Assembly: GCA_963667465.2 (NCBI GenBank)
Contig: CAXXDN010000002.1
Location: forward strand, 1,216,001-1,280,000
Length of the DNA: 64,000 nt
Direction: 5' to 3'
DNA from: Dehalococcoidia bacterium
Lineage (GTDB): Bacteria > Chloroflexota > Dehalococcoidia > UBA2979
The translations under genes were made by a program, and so were the position numbers. The notes below the pieces were generated by a model. That model saw only the letters and a list, made by a program, of their open reading frames with translations. It was not told where the DNA came from and searched no databases. Below, piece after piece: positions 29,462 to 39,161 of the stretch (position 1 is the first letter of the stretch; each line of letters starts with the position of its first letter).

Positions 29462-31657
29462 TCAGCCCTCGGAGCGGGTGACCGAGACGACGCCGCGCAC
29501 GCTGTCGAGGCGGCTCATCAGGCGCGAGACCTGGGCGCGTCCCTCCGTCTCGAGGGTGAGGTGGATGATCGTCATGCGGTCCTCGTGCTCGGTACGCACG
29601 GCGACCATGTTGACCCGCTCCGCGGCTACCAGTGTGCTGATGTCGCGCAGCAACCCGACGCGGTCCCAGGCGTGGACCTCGACGGCGGCGGCGTAGAGCT
29701 CGCCCTCGCGGCCCCAGTCGCACTCGACGAAGCGCTGCGGTTCTGCGTCGCTGCGCGTGTTGTGACAGTCGCGGCGGTGCACCGTGACGCCTCGCGATCG
29801 CGTGACGTAGCCGATGATGTCGTCGCCCGGCAGCGGGCCACAGCAGCGCGCGAGCGTGACGTGCAGCCCCGCGGAGCCCAGCACGCGCACGTTAGGCGGC
29901 CCGCGCCGTACCGAGGGTGCACGCGTGGTGATCGCGGGCTGCTCGGGCAGTTGATCGGCGAGCTTCTGGCCGAGCGCCTGCAGCGAGACGTCACCGTAGC
30001 CGATCGCCGCGAGCATGTCCTCGAAGGACTCGTAGTGGAACTCGCGATGCAGCTCGTCCGGGACCTCGGCGATCCCCATGCGCTTGCGCTCTCGTTCGAG
30101 CAGTTCGCGACCCTTGGCGACGTTCTCGCCGCGCTTCTGCCGCCGGAACCACTGCCGCACCTTCTGGCGGGCGTGACTCGAGCCGAGGTAGCCGAGCTCC
30201 GGGTTCAACCAGTCCCGCGAGGGCCCGCCGTCGCGCCGCCCGCGGACGATCTCGATCACGTCCCCGTTCTGCAGCTTCGTGCCCAGCGCCACCAGCCGGC
30301 CGTTGACCCTCGCGCCCGTGCAGTGATGCCCGAGGTCGGTGTGGATGCGGTAGGCGAAGTCGATCGGGGTCGAGCCGGCGGGCAGCACACGTACATCGCC
30401 GCGAGGCGTGAAGACGAAGACCTGGTCACGGAAGACGTCCGTCTTCACCGAGTCGAGGAAGTCCTCGGTGCCGGATGCTTCCTGCTGCCACTCGATGAGG
30501 TGGCGCAGCCAGGCCATGCGCTCCTCGTACTGGCGGTCGCGCGCGCTGGCGTGCTCCTTGTAGGCCCAGTGGGCGGCGACGCCGTACTCGGCGACCTCGT
30601 GCATCTCGCGGGTGCGGATCTGCACCTCGAAGGGGCGCGCGCCGGGGCCGAGCACACTCGTGTGCAGCGACTGGTACATCGACTCCTTGGGATTACCGAC
30701 GTAGTCGTCGAAGCTGTTCGGGATCGGGTGCCAGGTCTGGTGGACGACGCCGAGCGCGTGGTAGCACTCGGCGACCGAGTTGACGATCACGCGCACGGCG
30801 AGCAGGTCGTGGATCTGGTCGAAGGATTTCCCTTCGGCGGCGTAGCGCTGCATCTTCTCGTGGATCGAGTAGAGGTGCTTGACCCGCCCGATCACCTCGG
30901 CCTCGATGCCCGCATCCTCGAGGGCCTCGCGCAGCCCACGCTCGACCCGGCGGACGAAGCGCTCGCGCTCGGCCCGCCGTGAGGCGAGCGTGGAGGCGAC
31001 GCGCCGGTAGTGCTCCGGCTCGAGCACGCGGAACGCGAGGTCTTCGAGCTGCCACTTCATCTGCCAGATCCCGAGCCGGCTCGCGAGCGGCGCGTAGATG
31101 TCCATCGTCTCGCGTGCGATCTCGCGCTGCCGCTCCGGATCCAGGTACTGGATCGTCTGCATGTTGTGCAGCCGGTCGGCGATCTTGACGATGACGACGC
31201 GGACGTCCTCCGCCATCGCCACCAGCATCTTGCGCAGCGTCTCGGCGTCCTCGGCGCTCTTGCGCGCGCCCAGCGCGACACCTGCCGAGGGCAGGTGCTC
31301 GATCTTCGTGGCGCCTTCGACGAGGCTCACGACCTCGGCGCCGAAGCGCTGGCCCAGCTCGCGGGCGCTGACGCCGCAGTCCTCGATCACGTCGTGGAGC
31401 AGCGCCGCCTGGACGGTGTGCACGTCCATGTTCAACCCTGCCACGAGGCGGGCGACCGACACGGGATGAACGATGTAGGGATCGCCGGACTTCCGCAGCT
31501 GGCCCTCGTGGCATTCGGCGGCGTAGACGTAGGCCTCGCGCGCGGCCTCGACGCGTTCGTCGGGGAGATAGTCGCGGAGCGCGTCGAGCAACTCGGCCGA
31601 GCCGTCCGGCTGTGCGTGAACCGCGCTGCCTTGCTCGCTGCGTCCGTTGCCGGTCAT
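29462..31657 (-). CDS. relA: Bifunctional (p)ppGpp synthetase/hydrolase
   Basis: GDPYIVHP, LLHDVIED, ADRLHNM, YQSLHT, TGS and ACT domains. Confidence 0.96.
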   Translation of the reverse strand: MTGNGRSEQGSAVHAQPDGSAELLDALRDYLPDERVEAAREAYVYAAECHEGQLRKSGDPYIVHPVSVARLVAGLNMDVHTVQAALLHDVIEDCGVSARELGQRFGAEVVSLVEGATKIEHLPSAGVALGARKSAEDAETLRKMLVAMAEDVRVVIVKIADRLHNMQTIQYLDPERQREIARETMDIYAPLASRLGIWQMKWQLEDLAFRVLEPEHYRRVASTLASRRAERERFVRRVERGLREALEDAGIEAEVIGRVKHLYSIHEKMQRYAAEGKSFDQIHDLLAVRVIVNSVAECYHALGVVHQTWHPIPNSFDDYVGNPKESMYQSLHTSVLGPGARPFEVQIRTREMHEVAEYGVAAHWAYKEHASARDRQYEERMAWLRHLIEWQQEASGTEDFLDSVKTDVFRDQVFVFTPRGDVRVLPAGSTPIDFAYRIHTDLGHHCTGARVNGRLVALGTKLQNGDVIEIVRGRRDGGPSRDWLNPELGYLGSSHARQKVRQWFRRQKRGENVAKGRELLERERKRMGIAEVPDELHREFHYESFEDMLAAIGYGDVSLQALGQKLADQLPEQPAITTRAPSVRRGPPNVRVLGSAGLHVTLARCCGPLPGDDIIGYVTRSRGVTVHRRDCHNTRSDAEPQRFVECDWGREGELYAAAVEVHAWDRVGLLRDISTLVAAERVNMVAVRTEHEDRMTIIHLTLETEGRAQVSRLMSRLDSVRGVVSVTRSEG

Positions 31658-31783
31658 GGGCTCTGAGCGTATGCCGGATGTGGCATCGCCGCAACGCTCG
31701 CCATGGCGAGCCGCCCGGCACACTGCGCCAGCGGCGGCGAGGCCGTAGGCTGGAATGCGGCGGACCGCGCCCCGGAGGGAACG

Positions 31784-33058
31784 ATGGCGGACCTGCAGGC
31801 GCCGCGCGGCATGAGCGACCTGTTGCCGGAGGACGAGGCCGCCTGGCGCTTCGTCCGCGACACCACGGAGCGCGTCGCCGGGTCGTTCGGCTACTCCCTG
31901 ATCGCGACCCCGATCGTCGAGGACGCGCGCGTCTTCGCGCGCACCTCGGGCGGCGAGAGCGACATCGTCTCCAAGGAGATGTACGTCTTCGAGGACCGCG
32001 GCGGCGGCGAGCTGGCGCTACGTCCCGAGGGCACCGCGTCCGTCTGCCGCGCCTACCTCGAGCACGGCATGGCGAGCCGCCCGCAACCGGTGCGCCTCTA
32101 CTACTTCGGCCCGATGTTCCGCTACGACCGCCCGCAGGCGGGCCGCTACCGCCAGCTCTGGCAGCTCGGCGCGGAGTGCATCGGCGACTCCTCGCCCGCC
32201 GCCGACGCCGAGGTGATCGAGCTGCAACACGCGATCTTTCGCGAACTCGGGCTCGACAACCTCGTGCTGCGCATCAACTCGATCGGCACGGCGGAGACGC
32301 GGCGCGGCTACACCGCGCACCTGCGCGAGCACCTCCGCCCGCACCTCGAGACGCTCTCGCACGACTCGCAGCGGCGCTTCGAGACGAACCCGCTGCGCAT
32401 CCTCGACTCGAAGGAGGACGCCTCCCACGCGGCGCTGCGCGAGGCGCCGAGTATCCTCGACCACCTCTCCGCCGAGGACGCCGAGCACTTCGCCAGCGTG
32501 CGCTCCCTGCTGGACGCCGCGGGCGTCGCCTACGAGGTCGCCCCGCGCATCGTGCGCGGGCTGGACTACTACGCGCGCACCGTCTGGGAGTTCGAGCCGC
32601 CCTCGGAGGACGGCGAGGCCGGCGGGCAGTCGACCGTCGGCGCGGGTGGCCGCTACGACGGCCTGATTGAGCTGCTCGGCGGCCCGCCGACGCCCGGCAC
32701 CGGCTTCGCGACGGGCATCGAGCGCACGCTGCTCAACATGCGAGAGCGCGGCGTCGAGGCGCCGCCTGTCGCCGCGCTTGATGTCGCGACGATCCCACTC
32801 GGCGCGCACGGCCCGGCGGCGGCGCTGCGCCTCGCGCAGGTGCTGCGCGCGGCGGGCCTCGCCGTGCGCGCCGGCGTCCCCGGCCGCTCCCTCCGCGCGC
32901 AGCTGCGAGGCGCAAACGCCTCGGGCGCGCGCTACGCCGCCATCGTCGGCGACGACGAAGCCGCCCGCGGCGTCGTCCAGCTCAAGCCGCTCGCGACGGA
33001 CGGCGACCAGTTCGAGGTGGCGATGGGGGACGCGGCGGCGGCGGTACGGGGGGAGTAG
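31784..33058 (+). CDS. hisS: Histidine--tRNA ligase
   Basis: LRPEGTA, FRYDRPQAGRYRQ, RGLDYY, GGRYDGL. Confidence 0.97.
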   Translation: MADLQAPRGMSDLLPEDEAAWRFVRDTTERVAGSFGYSLIATPIVEDARVFARTSGGESDIVSKEMYVFEDRGGGELALRPEGTASVCRAYLEHGMASRPQPVRLYYFGPMFRYDRPQAGRYRQLWQLGAECIGDSSPAADAEVIELQHAIFRELGLDNLVLRINSIGTAETRRGYTAHLREHLRPHLETLSHDSQRRFETNPLRILDSKEDASHAALREAPSILDHLSAEDAEHFASVRSLLDAAGVAYEVAPRIVRGLDYYARTVWEFEPPSEDGEAGGQSTVGAGGRYDGLIELLGGPPTPGTGFATGIERTLLNMRERGVEAPPVAALDVATIPLGAHGPAAALRLAQVLRAAGLAVRAGVPGRSLRAQLRGANASGARYAAIVGDDEAARGVVQLKPLATDGDQFEVAMGDAAAAVRGE

Positions 33059-33062
33059 CAGG

Positions 33063-35915
33063 GTGGCGCGACGATCCCGGCAGAGCGATCCCGAGACCAC
33101 CCGCGAGGAAGTTGTCAACGTCCTGCTGGCCGAGCTGCTCAAGGATCACGGCATCAAGGCGCGAGCGGAGCGCCGAAGCCGCTCTGGCGTCCCCGACGTG
33201 CGGGTCGCGCTGTACGGTAAGGACTCCGTGATCATGGACTGCAAGTGGGACGGCTCCGCGACCGCGCTCCACGCCCAACTCGACGCGCGCCTGTCGAGGT
33301 TCCCCGACGCGCTCGGCGCCATCGGCCTGCTCTATCCCGATCGCCTACGGCGCGCGGAGGACACCGCCGCCGTGCTCCGGGGAGCTCAGGACCTTCAATG
33401 GTGGATCCACGGCTCGCGTAGCCTGCGCCACCCCGACTCCAGAGTCCGGACGGGCTCTGTAGCCGCCTTGGCTGACCAGTTGCGCAACTTGCCGCTGGAA
33501 CTTGAGGGCTTCGACAGCGTAGAGGCAGCCGCGAAGAGAATCGGATGGGCCGTTGAGGACGCCGTCGGCGCGCTCACCGGCCATGCCCGCATCGCCCGGC
33601 GCATCGCCGACCTTATCGCCGAGACGGATCAGGAGAAGGATCGCGCCGCCGCCCTGCGCATCGGCTGCCTTGTACTCTTCAACGCCCTCGCATTCCAGGA
33701 TCGCCTCGCCGCCGTCAACGGCGATGTGCGGACAGTGGACGAAGCGATGCGCAACGGCCTCGCTGGGCTGCACGCGGCGTGGCGGTCGATCTGCGACGAC
33801 ATCGACTACGTGCCCGTCTTTGAGCTCGCGGGCGAGATTCTCGGCGTGGTCGCCGACGCGCCGGAGGACACCGCCAACGCGGTCCTCGCGCCGCTCGTCA
33901 AGGCGATGGAGGACACGCGCCGCGTCGAAGGGCACGACCTGTCCGGGCGACTGTTCCATACGTTGCTGAGCGACGCAAAGTTCACCGGCGCCTACTACAC
34001 GTCCGTGCCCGCGGCCACGCTGCTCTCCCGACTGGTGTTCCAAGACTGGCCGCCGCGCGTCGACTGGAGTGATCACGAGTTCCCGGCCTCGCTCAACATC
34101 GCCGACCTCGCGTGCGGCACGGGCACACTGCTGATGGCCGCCGCCAGCGAGGTCGAACGCCGCCACCGCGACGCCGGTGGGCAACGCGCCGCCGAGTTGC
34201 ACAAGGCGATGGTCGAGCAGGCCCTGCACGGTTACGACGTGCAGCTTTCGGCTGTGCACTTCGCGGCCACGAGCCTTGCGATGCTGAACCCGGAGATCCA
34301 GTTCGACCGCATGAACCTCTACGTCATGCCGCTCGGCGTCGAGGGCGAGACCACCTCGCTCGGCTCGCTCGACTTCCTCGGCGAGAACGAAGCGCCGGTC
34401 CAGTACACGCTCTCGATGGACGCGGCGGGCATCTCCACGCGGGGCGGCGAGCGGGTATCCGGCGAGGGGGCGCGCGGCGCGGCCGAGGGCGTCACCGCGA
34501 CGCTGCCGGAGCTCGACCTCGCAATCATGAACCCGCCATTCACCCGCTCAGTGGGTGGAAACCTGCTATTCGGCAGCCTGCCCGCGGCGGAGCGGCGTCA
34601 ACTGCAAACCGAGCTGTCCCGCCGCCTGCGTCAGCGGCGCGGCGAGTTTGAGCAACGACAAGGGTCGTCCACACCCGGCCTGGCCGCCGCGTTCGTAGCG
34701 ACGGCGGCACCCAAACTGCGGCGCGGCGAGGGACGCCTCGCGCTCGTGCTCCCCTCCACCGTGTGCACTGGCCCGTCGTGGGAACGCACGCGAGCCCTCA
34801 TCGAGCTCGATTTCATGCTCGACATGGTGATCGCATCCCACGACCCGCAACGATGGAATTTCTCGGACAGCACGTCCCTCTCGGAGGTGCTGCTCATCGC
34901 CACGCGCCGTCCTGTCGAACGTGTCGAAGAAGAGCACCGGACGGTGTTCATCAACCTCTGGCGGAACCCGGACGGCGTGCTGGACGCGCACCGAGCCGCG
35001 CAGGCGATCACCGCAACCACGCCCGCGCTGCTCGAGGATTCAGGCACGGCGCTGCTCGAAGCGGACGGCCTGCACATCGGCGAGGCGTTCTCGATGCCCG
35101 CGTCGCGGCTCGCCGGTAAGCAGTGGTCCGGCATGCAGTTCGCCCGCGCCGACCTGGTTCGCGGCGCACTCGGGCTGCTCGACGACGGCGAGGTCTGGAT
35201 CCCGGGCGAGGGCGATCCCGTCGACATCCCGCTCTGCGCCCTAGGCGAACTCGGCCAAGTCGGCCCCGACCGCCGCGATGTGTGGGACGGCTTCGAGCGT
35301 ACAGCTGCAGTGACCGCCTATCCAATGGTGGAGAACCACGACACCGAGCAGAGGAAGCGTCTCGTGACGGAGCCGGACTGCTATCTGGCCCCGCTCGTCA
35401 AAGCCCGACCGGGACGCCACTTGAAGGCGGCGGCCCAGTTGTGGCCGAAGGCAGGGCAGCTCCTTGTTGCCGAACGACTGCGACTCGACACGGCCAGAAT
35501 TGCTGCCATGCGGTGCACGACGCGCGTGCTGTCCAACGTCTGGTGGCCCGTTCGCATTGGAGATGCGGTGAGCGAGCGGGCGCTGGCCGCCTGGCTCAAT
35601 TCGAGCCTCGGCCTGCTAACGCTGCTCGCACAGCGGACCAGCACGGAGGGGAGCTGGGTCGGGCTGAAGAAGGCCGATCTCGAACGGCTCCCGGTGCTCG
35701 ACATGGGAGCACTCTCGGCGCGGCAGCGCGGGAACCTCGCGGCCCTGTTCGACAAGATGGCGGATGAGGAGTTCGAGCGGCTGCCGGCAATGGCGCACTG
35801 CCCGGCGCGCAAGGCCCTGGACGACGGCGTCTCGCGAATCCTCAGGCTGCCGGACCTCGCCACCTTGCGCGAGTTGCTGGCGTCGGAGCCCGTGGTCGCG
35901 AACCGGCCGCTGTAG
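33063..35915 (+). CDS. Type IIG-like fused restriction endonuclease/N6-adenine methyltransferase
   Basis: N-terminal PD...D-C-K; GAYYT, DLACGTG (motif I), IMNPPF (motif IV); TRD-like C-terminus. Confidence 0.8.
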   Translation: MARRSRQSDPETTREEVVNVLLAELLKDHGIKARAERRSRSGVPDVRVALYGKDSVIMDCKWDGSATALHAQLDARLSRFPDALGAIGLLYPDRLRRAEDTAAVLRGAQDLQWWIHGSRSLRHPDSRVRTGSVAALADQLRNLPLELEGFDSVEAAAKRIGWAVEDAVGALTGHARIARRIADLIAETDQEKDRAAALRIGCLVLFNALAFQDRLAAVNGDVRTVDEAMRNGLAGLHAAWRSICDDIDYVPVFELAGEILGVVADAPEDTANAVLAPLVKAMEDTRRVEGHDLSGRLFHTLLSDAKFTGAYYTSVPAATLLSRLVFQDWPPRVDWSDHEFPASLNIADLACGTGTLLMAAASEVERRHRDAGGQRAAELHKAMVEQALHGYDVQLSAVHFAATSLAMLNPEIQFDRMNLYVMPLGVEGETTSLGSLDFLGENEAPVQYTLSMDAAGISTRGGERVSGEGARGAAEGVTATLPELDLAIMNPPFTRSVGGNLLFGSLPAAERRQLQTELSRRLRQRRGEFEQRQGSSTPGLAAAFVATAAPKLRRGEGRLALVLPSTVCTGPSWERTRALIELDFMLDMVIASHDPQRWNFSDSTSLSEVLLIATRRPVERVEEEHRTVFINLWRNPDGVLDAHRAAQAITATTPALLEDSGTALLEADGLHIGEAFSMPASRLAGKQWSGMQFARADLVRGALGLLDDGEVWIPGEGDPVDIPLCALGELGQVGPDRRDVWDGFERTAAVTAYPMVENHDTEQRKRLVTEPDCYLAPLVKARPGRHLKAAAQLWPKAGQLLVAERLRLDTARIAAMRCTTRVLSNVWWPVRIGDAVSERALAAWLNSSLGLLTLLAQRTSTEGSWVGLKKADLERLPVLDMGALSARQRGNLAALFDKMADEEFERLPAMAHCPARKALDDGVSRILRLPDLATLRELLASEPVVANRPL

Positions 35916-35933
35916 CGCCGCTACGCGACGAAC

Positions 35934-35966
35934 TCAGACCAACATCTCATCGAGCAGCAGCTTCAA
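35934..35966 (-). pseudogene. 10-codon remnant of a PIN-like (DUF5615-type) toxin
   Basis: TTG AAG CTG CTG CTC GAT GAG ATG TTG GTC TGA = MKLLLDEMLV*; TTGA overlap with antitoxin stop. Confidence 0.6.
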
Positions 35967-36400
35967 GCGCGGAGCAGTTCCCGCTTACGGAGCCACTCAG
36001 TCTCGGCCTGCTCGGCTTCCTCGGCGTTGCGGTTGATCCAGTCCTCAATCTCGTCCGGGTAGTCGAGGTAGTAGAGCAGAGCCGCTCGCATGAGGTGGCG
36101 CGGCTGACCCATGAGATCAACCGTCCGGTCCACGGTGCGTTCGATAGCCTCTTCGCTGCCCATCGGTTGTCCGAGGAACACGTCGGCTACCTGCCACACG
36201 TCGGGTCCGCCCATGAGCACGGCCCTGCGCCCGGCTGGCCCGTCGCGGAAGAACACCCAGGGATGCCGCGCCATGCGCAGCCCCTCCTCGACCAGCCGTG
36301 CGGCCGCCGCCGAGCGGGACTCGCCCGACTCGCGGCCGAGCGCATCCAGCCGGCCGAGCGTCTCGTCGCCGAGGCCAATCGAGACCTTGCGCCTCGCCAT
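35963..36400 (-). CDS. RHH + DUF433-like antitoxin
   Basis: SIGL..ETLGRLD RHH; HPWVFFRDGPAGRRA..GGPDVWQV; YYLDYPDEIE. Confidence 0.8.
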   Translation of the reverse strand: MARRKVSIGLGDETLGRLDALGRESGESRSAAAARLVEEGLRMARHPWVFFRDGPAGRRAVLMGGPDVWQVADVFLGQPMGSEEAIERTVDRTVDLMGQPRHLMRAALLYYLDYPDEIEDWINRNAEEAEQAETEWLRKRELLRA

Positions 36401-36491
36401 CGTGCCCTCCCGCGCGACACACGTCGCCGCACACATCGTAGCACCGGGCCCCGCGCGGGCTCCCGGACCCGCCCCCTGCTACCCTAGTCCC

Positions 36492-37562
36492 ATGCACGAA
36501 CGCATCGCGGAGATCGAGGCGCGCTTCGAGGAGTTGACGCAGCTCCTCAGCGATCCGGAGGTGGCCTCCGACCACCGCCGCATGGCCGAACTCGCCCGCG
36601 AACGCTCGCGCCTCGAGCCAATCGTCGATCTCGGACGGCGCTTCCGCGAGACAGAGGAAGCCCTCGCCGACGCGCGCGACCTGCTGCGCTCCGGCGACGA
36701 CGACGAGCGCGAACTGGCCCGCGAGGAGGAGGAGCGGCTGACGCCGCTGTTCGCCGACCTCGAGGAGGAGCTGAAGCTCGCGCTGCTGCCTCGCGATCCC
36801 GCCGACGAGAAGGACGCGATCATCGAGATCCGCGCCGGCGCGGGCGGCGAAGAGGCCGCGCTCTTCGCCGCCGACCTGTTCCGCATGTACCAGCGCTACG
36901 CCGAGCGCCAGGGCTGGCGGCTGGAGGTGCTCAACACCTCCGAGGCCGGACCCGGCGGCTACCGCGAGATGACCTTCGAGCTGTCCGGCGAGGACGCCTA
37001 CCGCCGTATGAAGCACGAGTCCGGCGTGCACCGCGTGCAGCGCGTCCCGGAAACCGAGTCGCAGGGTCGCATCCACACCTCGACGGCCACGGTCGCCGTG
37101 CTGCCCGAGGTCGACGAGGTGGAGGTGGACATCGACTGGGGCGAGGTGCGGACGGACATCTTCCACGCCTCCAGCGCGGGCGGGCAGAACGTCAACAAGG
37201 TCGCCACCGCCGTGCGCTTCACGCACGAGCCGACCGGCATCGTCGTCGTCTGCCAGGACGAGCGCTCGCAGGCCAAGAACCGCGCGAAGGCGGAGAGCGT
37301 GCTGCGCGCCCGCCTCTACGACCTCGAGCGCGCGAAGGCCGCCGCCGAGGTCGCCGACGTACGCCGCTCGCAGGTGGGGAGCGGCGACCGCTCGGAGAAG
37401 ATCCGCACCTACAACTTCCCCGACGACCGCGTGACCGACCACCGCGTGCGGCTCACGAAGCACGGCCTCCCGCGCATCCTCGACGGCGAGATCGACGCGC
37501 TGATCGACGCCGTCGCGATGGAGGAGCAGTCGCGCCTCCTGCAGCAGGCCGCGACGACCTGA
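36492..37562 (+). CDS. prfA: Peptide chain release factor 1
   Basis: ESGVHRVQRVPET (PxT), GGQNVNK, RSEKIRTYNF. Confidence 0.97.
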   Translation: MHERIAEIEARFEELTQLLSDPEVASDHRRMAELARERSRLEPIVDLGRRFRETEEALADARDLLRSGDDDERELAREEEERLTPLFADLEEELKLALLPRDPADEKDAIIEIRAGAGGEEAALFAADLFRMYQRYAERQGWRLEVLNTSEAGPGGYREMTFELSGEDAYRRMKHESGVHRVQRVPETESQGRIHTSTATVAVLPEVDEVEVDIDWGEVRTDIFHASSAGGQNVNKVATAVRFTHEPTGIVVVCQDERSQAKNRAKAESVLRARLYDLERAKAAAEVADVRRSQVGSGDRSEKIRTYNFPDDRVTDHRVRLTKHGLPRILDGEIDALIDAVAMEEQSRLLQQAATT

Positions 37563-37572
37563 CCGCCGCCCG

Positions 37573-38487
37573 ATGGCGCTCGATCCACACGGCCCCGCGG
37601 ACACCGTCGGCTCGTTGCTGCTGGAGGCGGCGCAAGGGCTGGTCGCCGCCTGGGCCGCGGAGAGCCTCGACGAGGCGCGGCTGGAGGTCGACCTGCTCTA
37701 CGGCGAGGCGGCGAGGCTGAGCCGCGCGCAGGTGATCGCGGCCGGCCGCGACACGCCGCCGCCCGAGGCGCGCGAGGGCTTCGAGGCGCTGCTGTTGCGG
37801 CGCATGGCGCGCGAACCACTCGCCTACATCCTCGGACGCCGCGAGTTCCACGGCCTGACCTTCGAGGTCGGCCCCGGCGCGCTGATCCCGCGCCCGGAGA
37901 CCGAGACCCTGGTCGAGGCGGCGCTGGCGGCGATCCGCGAGCACCCGAACGCCCGGCGAATCGTGCGCGTGGCCGACGCGGGCACGGGCAGCGGCGCGGT
38001 CGCGATCGCGATCGCGCGGCATGCGCCCTCGGCGAAGGTCTTCGCGACGGACGCCTCGACAGAGGCGCTGGCCTGGGCGGGCCGCAACCGCGCGCGGCTG
38101 GGGCCGCTGGAGCGCGTGGTGCTGCTCGCCGGCGACCTGCTGGAGCCGATCGGCGAGCCGCTCGACGTGGTCGCCGCGAACCTGCCCTACATCCCGACCG
38201 ACGAGTACGAGCGCCTGCCCGAGGAGATCCGCGCCGGCGAGCCGCGCCTCGCAGTCGACGGCGGCGACGACGGCCTCGCGCTGGTCCGCCGCCTCGTCGA
38301 CCAGCTCCCGGAGCACCTCGCGGACGGCCCCGCCGCCGTCCTGCTCGAGCTCGGCGGCGGCCAATCCCCCTTCGTCGCCGACTGGCTCACATCCGCCCTC
38401 GGCGGCGGCGATGCTGACGTGACTGTCGAGGTGCACCGCGATCTGGCTGGCAACCGGCGGGTGTTGGAGGCGCGGCGGGGGTATTGA
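37573..38487 (+). CDS. prmC: Release factor glutamine methyltransferase
   Basis: LIPRPETE, DAGTGSG, NLPY. Confidence 0.95.
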   Translation: MALDPHGPADTVGSLLLEAAQGLVAAWAAESLDEARLEVDLLYGEAARLSRAQVIAAGRDTPPPEAREGFEALLLRRMAREPLAYILGRREFHGLTFEVGPGALIPRPETETLVEAALAAIREHPNARRIVRVADAGTGSGAVAIAIARHAPSAKVFATDASTEALAWAGRNRARLGPLERVVLLAGDLLEPIGEPLDVVAANLPYIPTDEYERLPEEIRAGEPRLAVDGGDDGLALVRRLVDQLPEHLADGPAAVLLELGGGQSPFVADWLTSALGGGDADVTVEVHRDLAGNRRVLEARRGY

Positions 38488-38600
38488 GAGTTCCTGAAGA
38501 TGCGGAAAGCCCCCGGCCGTCTCTGCCGAGGGCTTCACATGTGCGGATTCGCACAACGCGCCTGTCCAGCGCACTGGCGTCGTGGAGTGGCTCACCGCCG

Positions 38601-38777
38601 TCAAGGCGGCAACAGCCGCTTCGCCTCGACCTCGCCGGACGCCGGCTCGCCCCTCGGGGGGAGGCCGGAGCGGATCGACTCCCACGTACGCTCTGCGAGG
38701 TCCACTACCTCGTCGAAGGGCCGCTCACCCTGGAGGTACTCGCGGTAGGCGTCGCGAACCTTGTCCGTCGGCTTCAT
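38601..38777 (-). CDS. Small hypothetical protein
   Basis: MKPTDKVRDAYREYLQGE...; ATGA overlap with upstream ORF; GGAG RBS. Confidence 0.55.
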   Translation of the reverse strand: MKPTDKVRDAYREYLQGERPFDEVVDLAERTWESIRSGLPPRGEPASGEVEAKRLLPP

Positions 38778-39103
38778 CGTCTCCAACCCTCCCTCAGGGA
38801 CAGCAGGACATCGCGTTCGTGCCAGATCGCCCAGTACCAGTGCCGCGGCTCCATCTGGTGAACGGGCCCCGGCTCGGCGCCAGCCGTGTTCAGGGCGAGC
38901 GACCGGAGCGGCAGCGGCCCACCGCCTGCAAGCGCGAGGTCCGACATGAGGAGGTAGCTCGCGAGGTTCACGAGTCCGTGCTCGTACCGCAAGTCGGCGC
39001 CGGGACTCTCGACGACATACGCGCAGACATCGCACGCATCCGGCGTGAGGTCGGCATGGTTCTCAACCGGGACGCGGCACCTCCGCCCTGGCCAATACTG
39101 CAC
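38774..39103 (-). CDS. Hypothetical protein
   Basis: GTG start 4 nt after TATACT; coupled to downstream ORF. Confidence 0.5.
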   Translation of the reverse strand: MQYWPGRRCRVPVENHADLTPDACDVCAYVVESPGADLRYEHGLVNLASYLLMSDLALAGGGPLPLRSLALNTAGAEPGPVHQMEPRHWYWAIWHERDVLLSLREGWRR

Positions 39104-39161
39104 AGGGAGTATAGCGGATGATTCATGTGTGCCACAATGCGAACCGATAGCGCCGCCGCCC

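Noticed and set aside
32667-33062. N-terminal extension of the RM ORF (1082 aa)
   Set aside because: Overlaps hisS out of frame; plausible start is GTG 33063
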